This document shows, piece after piece, positions 9,917 to 21,000 of a stretch of DNA of 64,000 nucleotides; position 1 is the stretch's first letter; every line of letters begins with the position of its first letter. Origin of the DNA: Meyerozyma guilliermondii (taxonomy: Eukaryota); assembly GCA_051546255.1 (NCBI GenBank), contig CP128821.1, forward strand, positions 496,001 to 560,000, written 5' to 3'. A program made the translations under genes and the position numbers. Under the pieces are notes generated by a model. The model was not told the origin of the DNA. It did not search any database and saw only the letters and a program-made list of their open reading frames with translations.

Positions 9917-12439
9917 ATGTCTCGTCGTCAAGGAGAGATCAACTACGCCGAACTCGAGCAAGGAAACTTCTCGGACGAGTCATTCAGTGACGAAAATGGG
10001 CGTAATGACGACGACGATTATGGTTCCAGAAACAAACCGGGAAAACGGTCAAAATCATCTTCGGCCAAACCGGGTTCTGGAAGTGCCAAAAGACGTAATG
10101 TTAATTCTGCAAGGGATAATATGGAGTCTCTCAAGCAAAAGGCTCCACGACAAACATATAATGAAGACCAGTTAGTGCAAATAACTCCTGATATGCCGGC
10201 AGATTATGTTCCCGATGCCGTATCCAAGGCATTTGGAAGACTGGACTTTTCGTATTTGAAGCTCAAACCTGACCATTTTACCCGTCCGTTGTGGATTTCA
10301 CCCACGGGAGGACGCATCATTATTATCCTTGAGTCGTTTTCGCCGTTAGCTGAACAGGCTCAGGACTTCCTTATCACCATTGCGGAACCTATCTCTCGAC
10401 CATCTCATATTCACGAGTTCCAATTGACGGTTTACTCGCTATACGCTGCGGTTTCGGTCGGTTTGGAGACAGAAGATATCATTTCCGTGTTGAACAGATT
10501 GTCCAAAGTACCTGTTGCTGAGTCCATTTTGGAGTTCATTCGCAGCGCTACAGTTTCATATGGTAAGGTGAAGTTGGTGTTGAAGCATAACCGGTACTTT
10601 GTGGAAAGCACCCAAGCGGATGTGTTGCAAATGCTCTTGAAGGATGAAGTTATAGGTCCGCTTCGGATCCAGTCATCGGAAAATGCCGTTGCTAGCAATG
10701 GTCTAGTACAATCCGCTGCCCCAGTTTCAAACTTGTCGATTCCTGGAACCAAGAAAAACCATGCTGAGGGCGAAGAAAAGAAGGATGTGGAGGATATTTT
10801 CGCATCTGTGGTGGGAAACAAAGACGACGAGGACGATGATCTCGATACAGTTCACTCATTTGAAATCGCACCCGAGTCGGTGGAAATTGTCAAGAGACGA
10901 TGCCAGGTGATAGACTACCCTGTCTTGGAAGAGTATGACTTCCGTAATGACGACCGTAACGCCGACTTGAACATTGACCTAAAACCATCCACTCAAATCA
11001 GACCTTATCAGGAAAAATCACTTTCTAAAATGTTTGGAAATGGCCGTGCTCGTTCTGGAATTATTGTCTTGCCCTGTGGAGCTGGAAAGACATTGGTGGG
11101 CATCACCGCAGCATGTACAATTCGGAAATCCGTTATCGTATTGTGCACTTCGTCAGTTTCTGTGATGCAATGGAGACAGCAGTTTCTTCAATGGAGTACA
11201 ATTCAACCAGAAAACGTTGCTACTTTTACGTCAGAAAACAAGGAAATGTTCACCAGCGAGTCGGGATTGGTTGTTAGTACGTATTCTATGGTTGCCAACA
11301 CCAGAAACAGATCGTACGATTCACAAAAAGTGATGGACTTCTTGACTTCGAGAGAATGGGGTTTCATCATTCTTGACGAAGTGCATGTGGTTCCAGCAGC
11401 AATGTTTCGTCGAGTGGTGACAACCATCGCTGCTCATGCCAAACTTGGGTTGACTGCTACATTGGTTAGAGAAGACGACAAGATTTACGATTTGAACTTT
11501 TTAATCGGGCCCAAATTGTACGAAGCAAATTGGATGGATTTGGCCCAGAAAGGTCATATTGCCAATGTTCAGTGTGCTGAAGTGTGGTGTCCAATGACCT
11601 CTGAGTTTTATCAGGAATATTTAAGAGAAACTTCGAGAAAACGAATGCTTTTGTATATTATGAACCCCACCAAGTTTCAAGCATGTCAATTTTTGATTCA
11701 CTACCACGAAAAGAGAGGAGACAAGATCATTGTGTTCAGCGATAACGTTTATGCATTGCAAGAATACGCTTTAAAACTCGAAAAACCGTTCATTTATGGC
11801 TCGACACCTCAACAAGAAAGAATGAAGATCTTGCAAAACTTTCAACACAACGACGAAATCAATACCATCTTCCTTTCAAAAGTGGGAGACACCTCTATTG
11901 ACTTACCCGAGGCCACATGTCTCATACAAATATCATCACACTATGGTTCGAGAAGACAAGAAGCACAAAGACTCGGTCGGATTTTGCGTGCCAAGAGAAG
12001 AAACGACGAGGGATTCAATGCATTTTTCTACTCGTTAGTCTCAAAAGATACCCAGGAAATGTACTATTCTACAAAGAGACAAGCGTTCCTTGTTGATCAA
12101 GGTTATGCTTTCAAAGTGATCACACATTTGAGTGGAATGGAACAGCTTCCAGATTTAGCATATTCGTCACCAAGGGAAAGAAGAGAGCTTCTTCAGGCGG
12201 TGCTACTTAAAAACGAAGATGCCGCGGGATTGGAGGTTGGAGATGATTTGGATACCAATTTCATCACCCAAGAAAGACGGAATAAGATTGAAAGTGAACA
12301 AAGCGATGCTGTTCGTAGTACCGGATCTCTTGCTGGCTTGGCTGGTGGGGAAGATATGGCATATGTGGAATATTCGAAGAGCAAGAATAAGGAGATTCGC
12401 GAGAACACCATGATCAAGAAGTTGTACAAGCGGAGGTAG
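9917..12439 (+). CDS. SSL2: TFIIH XPB DNA helicase Ssl2/Rad25
   Basis: [41 protein letters not shown] and [10 protein letters not shown] motifs. Confidence 0.97.
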   Translation: MSRRQGEINYAELEQGNFSDESFSDENGRNDDDDYGSRNKPGKRSKSSSAKPGSGSAKRRNVNSARDNMESLKQKAPRQTYNEDQLVQITPDMPADYVPDAVSKAFGRLDFSYLKLKPDHFTRPLWISPTGGRIIIILESFSPLAEQAQDFLITIAEPISRPSHIHEFQLTVYSLYAAVSVGLETEDIISVLNRLSKVPVAESILEFIRSATVSYGKVKLVLKHNRYFVESTQADVLQMLLKDEVIGPLRIQSSENAVASNGLVQSAAPVSNLSIPGTKKNHAEGEEKKDVEDIFASVVGNKDDEDDDLDTVHSFEIAPESVEIVKRRCQVIDYPVLEEYDFRNDDRNADLNIDLKPSTQIRPYQEKSLSKMFGNGRARSGIIVLPCGAGKTLVGITAACTIRKSVIVLCTSSVSVMQWRQQFLQWSTIQPENVATFTSENKEMFTSESGLVVSTYSMVANTRNRSYDSQKVMDFLTSREWGFIILDEVHVVPAAMFRRVVTTIAAHAKLGLTATLVREDDKIYDLNFLIGPKLYEANWMDLAQKGHIANVQCAEVWCPMTSEFYQEYLRETSRKRMLLYIMNPTKFQACQFLIHYHEKRGDKIIVFSDNVYALQEYALKLEKPFIYGSTPQQERMKILQNFQHNDEINTIFLSKVGDTSIDLPEATCLIQISSHYGSRRQEAQRLGRILRAKRRNDEGFNAFFYSLVSKDTQEMYYSTKRQAFLVDQGYAFKVITHLSGMEQLPDLAYSSPRERRELLQAVLLKNEDAAGLEVGDDLDTNFITQERRNKIESEQSDAVRSTGSLAGLAGGEDMAYVEYSKSKNKEIRENTMIKKLYKRR

Positions 12440-12471
12440 AATTATAACCGCTTTTCATGAATGCAAATTTT

Positions 12472-13269
12472 TTATGAATCTGCGCCCACATACTCCCCAA
12501 AGTCGTCATCATCGTCGTCGCCGTATCCTTGGTCGTCTAGACTGAGTTTTGACAGCTTTCTAGCGAGCTCCTCATATTCCATGTCCCCTTGCCAATCTTT
12601 ATACCTTCTTTTGAATATATTGACGCTCTCGCCAAATAGTATGCCTTCGGACCGATCTCTAAACTTGAGTCCAAGTGCTACCCGGGTACATTCTCCATCA
12701 CAGCCAGTGCCTGGAAATTGCGCAATTACCTTGAAATATTGTGGGGATTCTGTGCACATTTGTATAGTTTCATCATAGACATTGTCTTGAGGGACAAACC
12801 ACACCTCGGCCCAAAGCTGTGGATGAGTCTGAACATGCGAATGGTGACCGAATGAACGAGTCAATGCATTGGTAGCTTCAGAATGAGAAACAATATTGTT
12901 GAACTCACCAGACGGTCCATTAGTAATCGGTTTATTTGTAATTGGTTTATCTGAAAGAATAGAACCACCATTATTTTCGACATCTTCGTTATCCTCATTT
13001 TCTTTGCTTTCTTCGTTGTCGCCGTTCTTCACCATATTGTAAAACTCTACTTTACATATTAGCCTCTGCTGAGTTCCCTGTGCTTTTGGCAATGCATTTA
13101 TCTCGTCTTCGTCGTCACTGGTATCTTGGTACTGCTCTAAGAGCGACAGTCGGCCCTTCCACACAATATTTTCTGGATCCAAATTCCAGTTGGAAATACT
13201 AGGACGGCCTGGAGGAATCTTGAATAGAGCCACGTCCCAAGACTGGAAGAGCTCGTAGTTGCTGAACAT
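12472..13269 (-). CDS. NECAP-like adaptin-ear-binding protein (PHear/DUF1681-like)
   Basis: 'FKIPPG...WNL...WKGRL', 'ESPQYFKV' and 'LGLKFRDRSEG..F' resemble the NECAP PHear fold. The acidic C-terminal 'DDFGEY' resembles a gamma-ear (DFGx-phi) binding motif. Confidence 0.6.
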   Translation of the reverse strand: MFSNYELFQSWDVALFKIPPGRPSISNWNLDPENIVWKGRLSLLEQYQDTSDDEDEINALPKAQGTQQRLICKVEFYNMVKNGDNEESKENEDNEDVENNGGSILSDKPITNKPITNGPSGEFNNIVSHSEATNALTRSFGHHSHVQTHPQLWAEVWFVPQDNVYDETIQMCTESPQYFKVIAQFPGTGCDGECTRVALGLKFRDRSEGILFGESVNIFKRRYKDWQGDMEYEELARKLSKLSLDDQGYGDDDDDDFGEYVGADS

Positions 13270-13658
13270 TACAAAAATTGGAATTTCAGAGCAATTGACC
13301 GATTGAGAATTATTGCAATCAATGAGGATTGCGGCAACTTATGATGTGCGCCAATGCACCGAGCGCGAACGGCTGCAAAAAGGGAGGAACGAGAAGAGAG
13401 AAGAAGAGATTTGTACATGGTAATTGAAGAGAAAATAATATAAAGATGAATGAAATAAGGGCATTGATACTTGAAGATAAAAAGTGTAAAGAGAGAAATA
13501 TAGGGAAAAGGTGACAAGATTTTTTCAATTGATAATGCAACAAGTTGAATACAGATTCGAAGATGGGAGTTAAATAAGAACTTCAATCGAACAAACTTTT
13601 CACTTGGTTCCAGAAGAGTACACTTCATTATCTCTTTAATTAGCTCATAAATTTACTC

Positions 13659-15320
13659 CTAAAGTGCTGCTACAACGGCACTGCCCAAAGCTGCAACACC
13701 TGATATACCCGCCCAAATACTAAAGAACCTTGATGGTCCACTAAGGGTGACATCGCCCACTCGACCAAACCAGAGATTTCCGTTGTATTGATCCATCGAC
13801 AAGCCAACAGCCTTGGTTTTTTTGTCGTTGAATGGTGGATATCTCAATGAGAGTGTTCGCTCGTTCCGCAACTTTTGCTCCAAAATGGTTCTTTCGTGGG
13901 TAAATGCCCTGAATGAGTAAAAGCCATGGTAGCTCAGATACCCTGAGGTGCCAATTCCTCCAAATGGAGCGTTGACAAGTCCAACATGGATAATCACATC
14001 GTTGACCAAAGTGGCCCCAGACCTCAATCTTCTCATAATTTTGTCAACATTTTTGTTCCCTTTCCTCGAAGTTAGACCACTTGTAAACAAGTACAGAACC
14101 AACGGAGTATCGTGGTTTTTTGTTACATTTTCGATTGCCTCGTCTAACGTTCGGTAAGTGAGAACTGGCAAGATTGGGCCGAAAAGTTCGTGCTTCATTG
14201 AAGAGTCGCTCCATGTAACATTGTCAATGATGGTTGGGGAAAGGTACCGTGAGCTATCGTCGGTTTGTCCACCAACCACTATATCTCCTTTGGTGGTTTT
14301 GAGGATATCCTTCAAATTGTCGTATGCTCTTTCGTGGATTATATGGGTATAAGAGGTAGTGTTCTCATTAATGCCAGCATAGAAACTTTCTTGTACTACC
14401 CTCTTCATCTCTGCAACTAACTTGGATTTGAGCGAATCATGGACCAAAACATAATCCACCGCTACACATGTCTGACCACCATTGGTGAATCTTCCCCAAA
14501 CAATTCTTCTCGCAATGGTATTCAAGTCTTTGTCGGAAACGTCAGGAAGCACAAATGCCGGAGATTTACCTCCTAGCTCCAATATTACTGGAGTCAAAGT
14601 TTCAGCTGCCTTTTTGGCGATAATAGTACCCACTGTGCCGTTGCCGGTGTACATTATTTTGTCGAATTTTTGTTCCAAGGTAGTTGTAGACTCAGGAATG
14701 GCACCGTTAACCACATAAAAAAAATCTGGATCCAAAGCTTGAGTGAACAATTTGGTTATCAACGCTGAAAAACGAGGTGTAAGTTCTGTCGGTTTGAATA
14801 CTACAGCATTTCCAGCAGCAATGGCACCTGCAATTGGCGAAAGCGAGAGTAAAAGTGGATAATTGAACGGCGACATGATCAAAATAACCCCCAAAGGAAT
14901 TCTTTCCAAGTAAACCGGGTTCGATTTCATGGAAAGAGACAAGTGAGTAACCTTTTCTGGAGTGATCCATTTGTGCAACAGAGACATGGTATGAAGCAAT
15001 TCGTTCAAGCTTGGAGATATTTCCAAGTTCTGAGTCTCTGAAGGTGATCTGTAGAAATCTTCTTCCAAAGCACCACAGATTGCTTCTACATTATCTTTGA
15101 TTGCAAAATAAAGGTTCCGCAATTGGTTCAACCGGAATTGAACCAGTGCAAGTTTGTTGGACTCTGAGTGAAACTTTTGGTGTAATCGGGAGACATTGGG
15201 CTTAATTTCGTCTAGCGGAGTATATTGGAGCACCGGAGCCGATGCCAAGGTGGAAGAGGGGCGCAACTGGGGCAGATCATTGAGACTCGCAAAAACACTT
15301 TCTTGGGATTTTCTGGACAT
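13659..15320 (-). CDS. HFD1: Fatty aldehyde dehydrogenase (ALDH3/Hfd1 family)
   Basis: SPFNYP, KPTE, LELGGKSP, GQTCVAVDY, ELFGPILP and PFGGIGTSG motifs, with a hydrophobic C-terminal anchor. Confidence 0.88.
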   Translation of the reverse strand: MSRKSQESVFASLNDLPQLRPSSTLASAPVLQYTPLDEIKPNVSRLHQKFHSESNKLALVQFRLNQLRNLYFAIKDNVEAICGALEEDFYRSPSETQNLEISPSLNELLHTMSLLHKWITPEKVTHLSLSMKSNPVYLERIPLGVILIMSPFNYPLLLSLSPIAGAIAAGNAVVFKPTELTPRFSALITKLFTQALDPDFFYVVNGAIPESTTTLEQKFDKIMYTGNGTVGTIIAKKAAETLTPVILELGGKSPAFVLPDVSDKDLNTIARRIVWGRFTNGGQTCVAVDYVLVHDSLKSKLVAEMKRVVQESFYAGINENTTSYTHIIHERAYDNLKDILKTTKGDIVVGGQTDDSSRYLSPTIIDNVTWSDSSMKHELFGPILPVLTYRTLDEAIENVTKNHDTPLVLYLFTSGLTSRKGNKNVDKIMRRLRSGATLVNDVIIHVGLVNAPFGGIGTSGYLSYHGFYSFRAFTHERTILEQKLRNERTLSLRYPPFNDKKTKAVGLSMDQYNGNLWFGRVGDVTLSGPSRFFSIWAGISGVAALGSAVVAAL

Positions 15321-15859
15321 ATCGCTTGAAACTGGGTTGTTACCGTAAGTTTAAATAGTCTAGAGACCTTATCCCCGCCATGTGGCCCTCATTTCAGCAC
15401 ATGCGGAAATCCATCTATGCAAAACGCGGGGATTGCTCCGACAGGGTTCAAAGCAAGCGAGTCAGTGGCAAATAAAATTGGAAAATGGGTTGAGAAAGAA
15501 GATTGAAAAGTGATTTGAAAGCTTGAGGATGTAATTGGAAGGGCTCAACTAAGCTTCTAGGAGTTGCAAGTGTGTTTTGTATTGCACCTTGAATTATTAT
15601 TTGAGAAATATGAACCAATTAAAATTTCAATAATATATTCCAACTCATTTGAAAAAAGGTTGTGATTCGAGAACAAGTAAAGGTCTACTATTCTTGAATC
15701 TTTTTGAATGGAAATATTATCCGATTACTACCCTCTCCTTCTAAACTTCAGGACTTATTTCGCAGTCATCTCACCTGCTTCTCAGTCCCTTATGTGCACA
15801 CTGCGACAGTTCGCGGCCAGAGTGAATTTTTCATTGTCGTCTTAAACACTCTTTCCAAC

Positions 15860-16387
15860 ATGCTTCGGTTCGGCTACACAGCCTTTCGAGGCCCTTCTGC
15901 GCTTCCCAGACCTCCAAGAATGTCTATAATACAAAATCGACTTCTTTCCACCTCGAGATTATGCCTCAACAACAACACCCCATCCACCGGCGACAAGTCG
16001 AAGTCTCAAGCCATCGCTGATGTCGACAACCTTTTGAACGAAACGTCCAATTTTCACGCCAACAGCTTCTCCAACCGCTCAAAGGACCGTATGTTTGATA
16101 TTTCCGTGAAACACCCCCGCGATGTGGCAAAACTGATTCGAGTCCAGGGTCCTGTTGCTGGTCGTTCTGTAGACGTTCAGTACGGCAACTTTGCCCGGTC
16201 TCTCAGCTCGATGTTTTCGGTGGTCCGCAGTAACAAAATCAGGTATCTTAAGAAGATCCAAGCCCGTCATATTCCTCCTGCTAAGCTTCGCAAACAGAAG
16301 AAGAGAGAGTGGTGGAGACGCAAGTTTTCGCTGGGATTCAAGGAATTGATGGCCCAGGTGAGAGACGCAAAGAGAAGGGGATACTAG
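15860..16387 (+). CDS. MRP21: Mitochondrial small-subunit ribosomal protein bS21m
   Basis: Arg/Ser-rich presequence from ATG 15860. C-terminal 'GRSVDV...NKIR......H.PPAKLRKQK...WWRRKF..GF..LM..V.DAKRRGY'. Confidence 0.85.
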   Translation: MLRFGYTAFRGPSALPRPPRMSIIQNRLLSTSRLCLNNNTPSTGDKSKSQAIADVDNLLNETSNFHANSFSNRSKDRMFDISVKHPRDVAKLIRVQGPVAGRSVDVQYGNFARSLSSMFSVVRSNKIRYLKKIQARHIPPAKLRKQKKREWWRRKFSLGFKELMAQVRDAKRRGY

Positions 16388-16842
16388 CTGTAAATAGAAA
16401 ACAAGAGGAACTTCATAAATTCAAAGTGAGTTTCAGATGAGATTGATTTCACAGATGAGAACACAATACATACAAGTCATTGAATCAAAGAAAAATTGGG
16501 AAAGTTATACTGATTTATTCTACTTTCATATCCTCTGCTCGAGATCTGCAGTTTTACTTAGCAACATTACCGCTCTGGTAACATTTTTCAGCACCCTCGT
16601 ATTTCCTGTATCTTCAGCCGTTGGTCCGCGCTTATCAGTAAATTTTGCGGGCTTCATCTCACAGCAAACCGTAAATTGCACTTCTGATCCCGTTCCGTCG
16701 AGCCTATAAAAAGGTGTTCCGGAATACTATAGACCACCACTCACTAGTAGCAACTCACATCATTGATACAATAATCTTTTTGATGAAATAGAGTTGACTT
16801 CCGTTTACTAATTCCAAACCAATGCACCATAATTAACCTAAA

Positions 16843-17871
16843 ATGTCTACAATCGAACAAAAATCCCAGAACTCTCGGTCTGGAGGCATCCCTGCTATTA
16901 CTGGTACCATAGACTACTCTAGAGCTATCCATTTGTTTCCACCTCAACTCCAGCCATGGCGATCAACTATTCTCGCATACGGAGCTTCGTTCGTTTCGAC
17001 AACAGTCGGATTTCCGTTGGACACTGTCAAGACAAGAATGCAGACCCACAAGCAATTCAACAGCTATTTTGATTGTATAGTGAAAACCTACGCAAAAGAG
17101 GGGATTCGGGGCTTTTTTCGTGGAATTTGGGCACCATTAATTTCCACATCTTTTTCCAAATCCATAAGTGTTCTGTTGTTCACCGCTTCAAAGCCAGTGT
17201 GCTACTCGATGCTCTTCTCATCATCGGACTCAACGACTCATCCGTTCATTCAGAACATTCCAGTATGTTTTCTATCGGGAATGATTGCAGGAAGCGGAGT
17301 TTCCATTTTTGCATGTCCTTTTGAATTCACCAAAATATATGCCCAGATCGTCAAGCTCGTCCAAAAGAGCTCTGTGGCTGACATTCCTATTACTCCAGGA
17401 AAAGTAAGCTCTTCATTGACCACAACGCAAACAATTCGCCAGATCGTCAAGCACGAAGGTGTGCGAGGTCTCTACTCTGGCTTCAAATACCATTTTCTCA
17501 GAGACTCATTGTCTTCAGGAATCTACTTTTCGATATATGAAACATTGAAATGGGCCAGCAATAGTGTTCTCAATCCTGGTTCTCAGGAAACTTCTCAGTT
17601 CTCCATCTTGTTAGCTGGTGGTGCATCGGGAATGCTTTGTTGGGCCCTCATCTTCCCACTCGATACTACCAAGTCTCTTGTGCAAAAGGATGCTGTTACC
17701 AATATCCTTCGTAAAGATCATGGCTTGGAACCACTACCACCAAAGAACAGAAAACTTCAAAAGATTACTACCAAGCTTTATCGTGGTCTTGGAATTTCCA
17801 TGAGTCGTTCATTCATTGTCAATATGATATTCTTTAGTACCTATGAGTACTTAATGGCGCATGTGGCATAG
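16843..17871 (+). CDS. Mitochondrial carrier family (SLC25) protein
   Basis: Three carrier signature repeats: PLDTVKTRMQ, PFEFTKI and PLDTTKS, followed by 'GFFRG', 'GLYSG' and 'LYRGL'. Confidence 0.9.
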   Translation: MSTIEQKSQNSRSGGIPAITGTIDYSRAIHLFPPQLQPWRSTILAYGASFVSTTVGFPLDTVKTRMQTHKQFNSYFDCIVKTYAKEGIRGFFRGIWAPLISTSFSKSISVLLFTASKPVCYSMLFSSSDSTTHPFIQNIPVCFLSGMIAGSGVSIFACPFEFTKIYAQIVKLVQKSSVADIPITPGKVSSSLTTTQTIRQIVKHEGVRGLYSGFKYHFLRDSLSSGIYFSIYETLKWASNSVLNPGSQETSQFSILLAGGASGMLCWALIFPLDTTKSLVQKDAVTNILRKDHGLEPLPPKNRKLQKITTKLYRGLGISMSRSFIVNMIFFSTYEYLMAHVA

Positions 17872-18078
17872 CGCTGCGTACACATATTCATACCTTATAG
17901 ACTGTAAATAGTTTGTACAATTATAGAAGTGTTTAAATAGAGCTTTGCTGAGTTTCGCGAGATTATCATAATTCGATAAACAATTGTATGTAAGTATAGT
18001 ACATTCATTAGGGATTACCTGTCTTATTATCTCCTTAGTCTTGACCTGGTATGATTTGATCTTCTGCTTCCTTGCGTC

Positions 18079-21000
18079 CTATTTTCCGTCGTCCATCCCA
18101 TCATTTTCATTATCAGGTGCTTTCATCTTCTGCTGTGCAACTCGCCGCGACCTTCTTCTTGGTGCAATAACATCTTCCTCCGTGGATATTATCTCTTGAA
18201 GTGAACGTTTGAGAGGAGACTTCGACCTGGTTCGGAACGCAGGATAATCCTCATCTGGTCTTATGGAAGTGTCAATAAGTTTTGGTACATTTTGTCTTCT
18301 CATTCCACGCTTGGGGATTCGCAACTTGGGCTCTTCAGGTGTAGACTGCAGTGAACCAGGTTTCCCGTATGTGTGGCCGTTGCGCAAGGAATGACTGGGC
18401 TGCAACATCTCCTCAGAAATATCCAAGCCTTGAAGCATTCGTGGATGTCTTTTCTTTAGAGTTTGAATCGCTTCAACGGTAGGAACTGATTCAAGGTCCT
18501 CTTGAACATCAAAGCGGTTTTTTCTCTCTTTCAAGTTTTCCTCGTCGCTGACTTCAGTTTCCGCTTCAGAATCATTAACCTCATTATTGGCGCCTGCGTC
18601 AGAGTTTGAAGAGGAACGTTCATCATTTTCCTCAGATTCAACAAAAGCATCTCTGTCCTCAGTTTCATCTTCAGTATTAATTGGCAATTCAGATCCTTCC
18701 GAGTCCTCTTCAACTTCCGTCTCTGATTCAACAGGTGACAAGGTTGGAGGAGAGATTCGAGGCACAGAAATATCTTCAGCTTGATTCGAACTTGGCTCCC
18801 TTTTCTTTCCAAAGAAGCTTGATACAAAGGTACGAAATCTCTTGAATGTTGACCCCGCCAGATGCTTGTCTTCCTCTTCTTCAACTTCTTCAAAATGTCT
18901 CTTACGCCCAGACGTGTGTTCAGGTTCGGTCTCAAGCTGGTCGGTCGAAGATTGATTAATTTCATCTTTGGCTTCACCCTCTAAACTCTTTCCATGATTG
19001 TCCTTCTCGTCTGATGAAGCCAAAGCTTCATCTTTAATTTCCTCCTCTTGCGTGAAACTATTTTCATCAGACTGCTCTGAATTTTCTCTGACAAGAACCT
19101 CTTCTCCTTCCTCAATTATGACAGAAGGAAGAGCAACAGCCACCTTCTCTTCGTCGTCGTCATTCGAAAAGTATTCTTCTGCTTCTAATCTGTCCAGAGT
19201 AACATTTTCTTTGGCAGGCTCCTCTTCAAAAGGCTCTAAAACAGCTGATGGATAGAGTACTTCTTGGACCTCTGTGACGGTTTCCTCAATTTCAACATAT
19301 TTGAGGCCCTCATCGCCAGCTACTATACCTTGCACAGTAACGCTTGCGCTGCTCTCAGGCACAATTTTTCCCGGGTCAGATTTTTCCCCTGCCTCAGTTT
19401 CCAGTTCATCAATCTCATTTTCCACTTCATCTGTATTTTCGACTTCATTTTCCACGTTACTTTTTACATTATTGTCCACATCGCTTTCCACTTCGTAATC
19501 CACTTTACTCTCCGCTTCATTTTGGGTATCATTAACTTCATTTTCTTCATTTTTGATTTCACTCTCGACATCATTCTTCACTGCTAGTTCGGTTTCATTT
19601 TCGTGTTCAGTTTGCACAATATCTTCCACGTCATTTTCCACTTGATACTCCAGTTTACTTTCCACTACTAGTTCATGTTCGATTTCCTCTTCAATCTCCG
19701 AACCATTTACCTCCTCATTTTCTTCACTTTGTTCATGATTTTCCACTTCGGGTTCATTCTCGACTTCAATTTCCACATAATTTTCTACTTCGAACTCCAC
19801 CTTACTTTCCACATCATTATCCACTTCATTTCTCTCAATACTCAAATCGTTACTCTCCAATTGCTCTTCGTGTCCTTCAGTAGGTACTGGTGAAGTTGGT
19901 TCAGTCTCGTGTGTGATTGTGCCATTTTCCATTTGCACATTTTCATCAATTGCGGAAGACTCATGAGAAAATTGTTGCTCGTTGCTAAGAACTTCACCAA
20001 CTAACTCTTCAGCCATATCCTCAGCCTCTTTCTGAACCGCTTCCTCTTCCATTTTTGTTTCAGAATCCACGTTCTCAGAAGGTGAATCATTATTCACCTC
20101 TTCCATTTCAACATCGAGTTCAGCCGATTGCGGTATAATAGAGGCACTATTTTCTTCTTCGTCCAATCGAATCTCGTCGGTGACTTCGATTTGATCAGGT
20201 TGAGCCTCAAAAGTGTTGGTGTTCTCGGTCTCGAGATGCTCAACCCGTTCTGTAAGTGTGTCTTCATTTTCAGTTTGAGACTGTAAAGTATTGCTTTCGT
20301 CTTCGCTGACCAGCTGGAATTGTATGGTTGGTTTATCATCTGTATCTTCTGACTGAGACCTAGAAGCCTCATTCATAGAATTGAACTCGCCAGCTGATGT
20401 TTCCCTATGTTCAGATGGAGATTGTAAGATGCTAGAACTTTCAATCTTAGATATAGCATCGTCAACTGGTTGGGTATCTTCAGAGAATGATCTCTTTTCG
20501 ATACCCTGCGACTGAGAGTTCCTGGAACTGTCCTCCCCAAGAGCATTGTCATGAAGTGAAATTGTGTCTTCTGGGAGTGTGCTCGTATCGTTGTTTTTAG
20601 ATGGTGACTCTAAGTCGCGAGTGGTCTTATTTTCGAGTTCATTACCATCAATTGAAGGTCCCTTTAGGATTGAAACTCGTTCATTGTTCTCAGATTCAGA
20701 CCCTAAAATGTCGGTCATTTCGTGCTCGGATTTCTCATCGACGTTTGGTAATGAAGTCTTTTCTGTATCGTCTACCTCAGCATCAATTTCTGTTGTTGCA
20801 TCGATATACGTTTCTTCTGGTCCTGGGGGAACAGCTTCAAGAATTGGTTTTTCAATGTGTGGAGGCGGTACTTCAGAAACATGTTCAACGACCTCTCCGG
20901 CAGTTTCTTCAGCTTCTTTCCTCTCTTCCCTGCCAATCTGATGCTCTACAGAATCGAGGACTGCCTGAATTTCATTGTTCTGGATAGCCTCCAGCTCAGA

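Noticed and set aside
13269..13628. 119-aa and 74-aa hydrophobic ORFs between the NECAP-like gene and HFD1
   Set aside because: Purine/pyrimidine-skewed promoter/terminator DNA that yields F/L/S/I-rich spurious ORFs.
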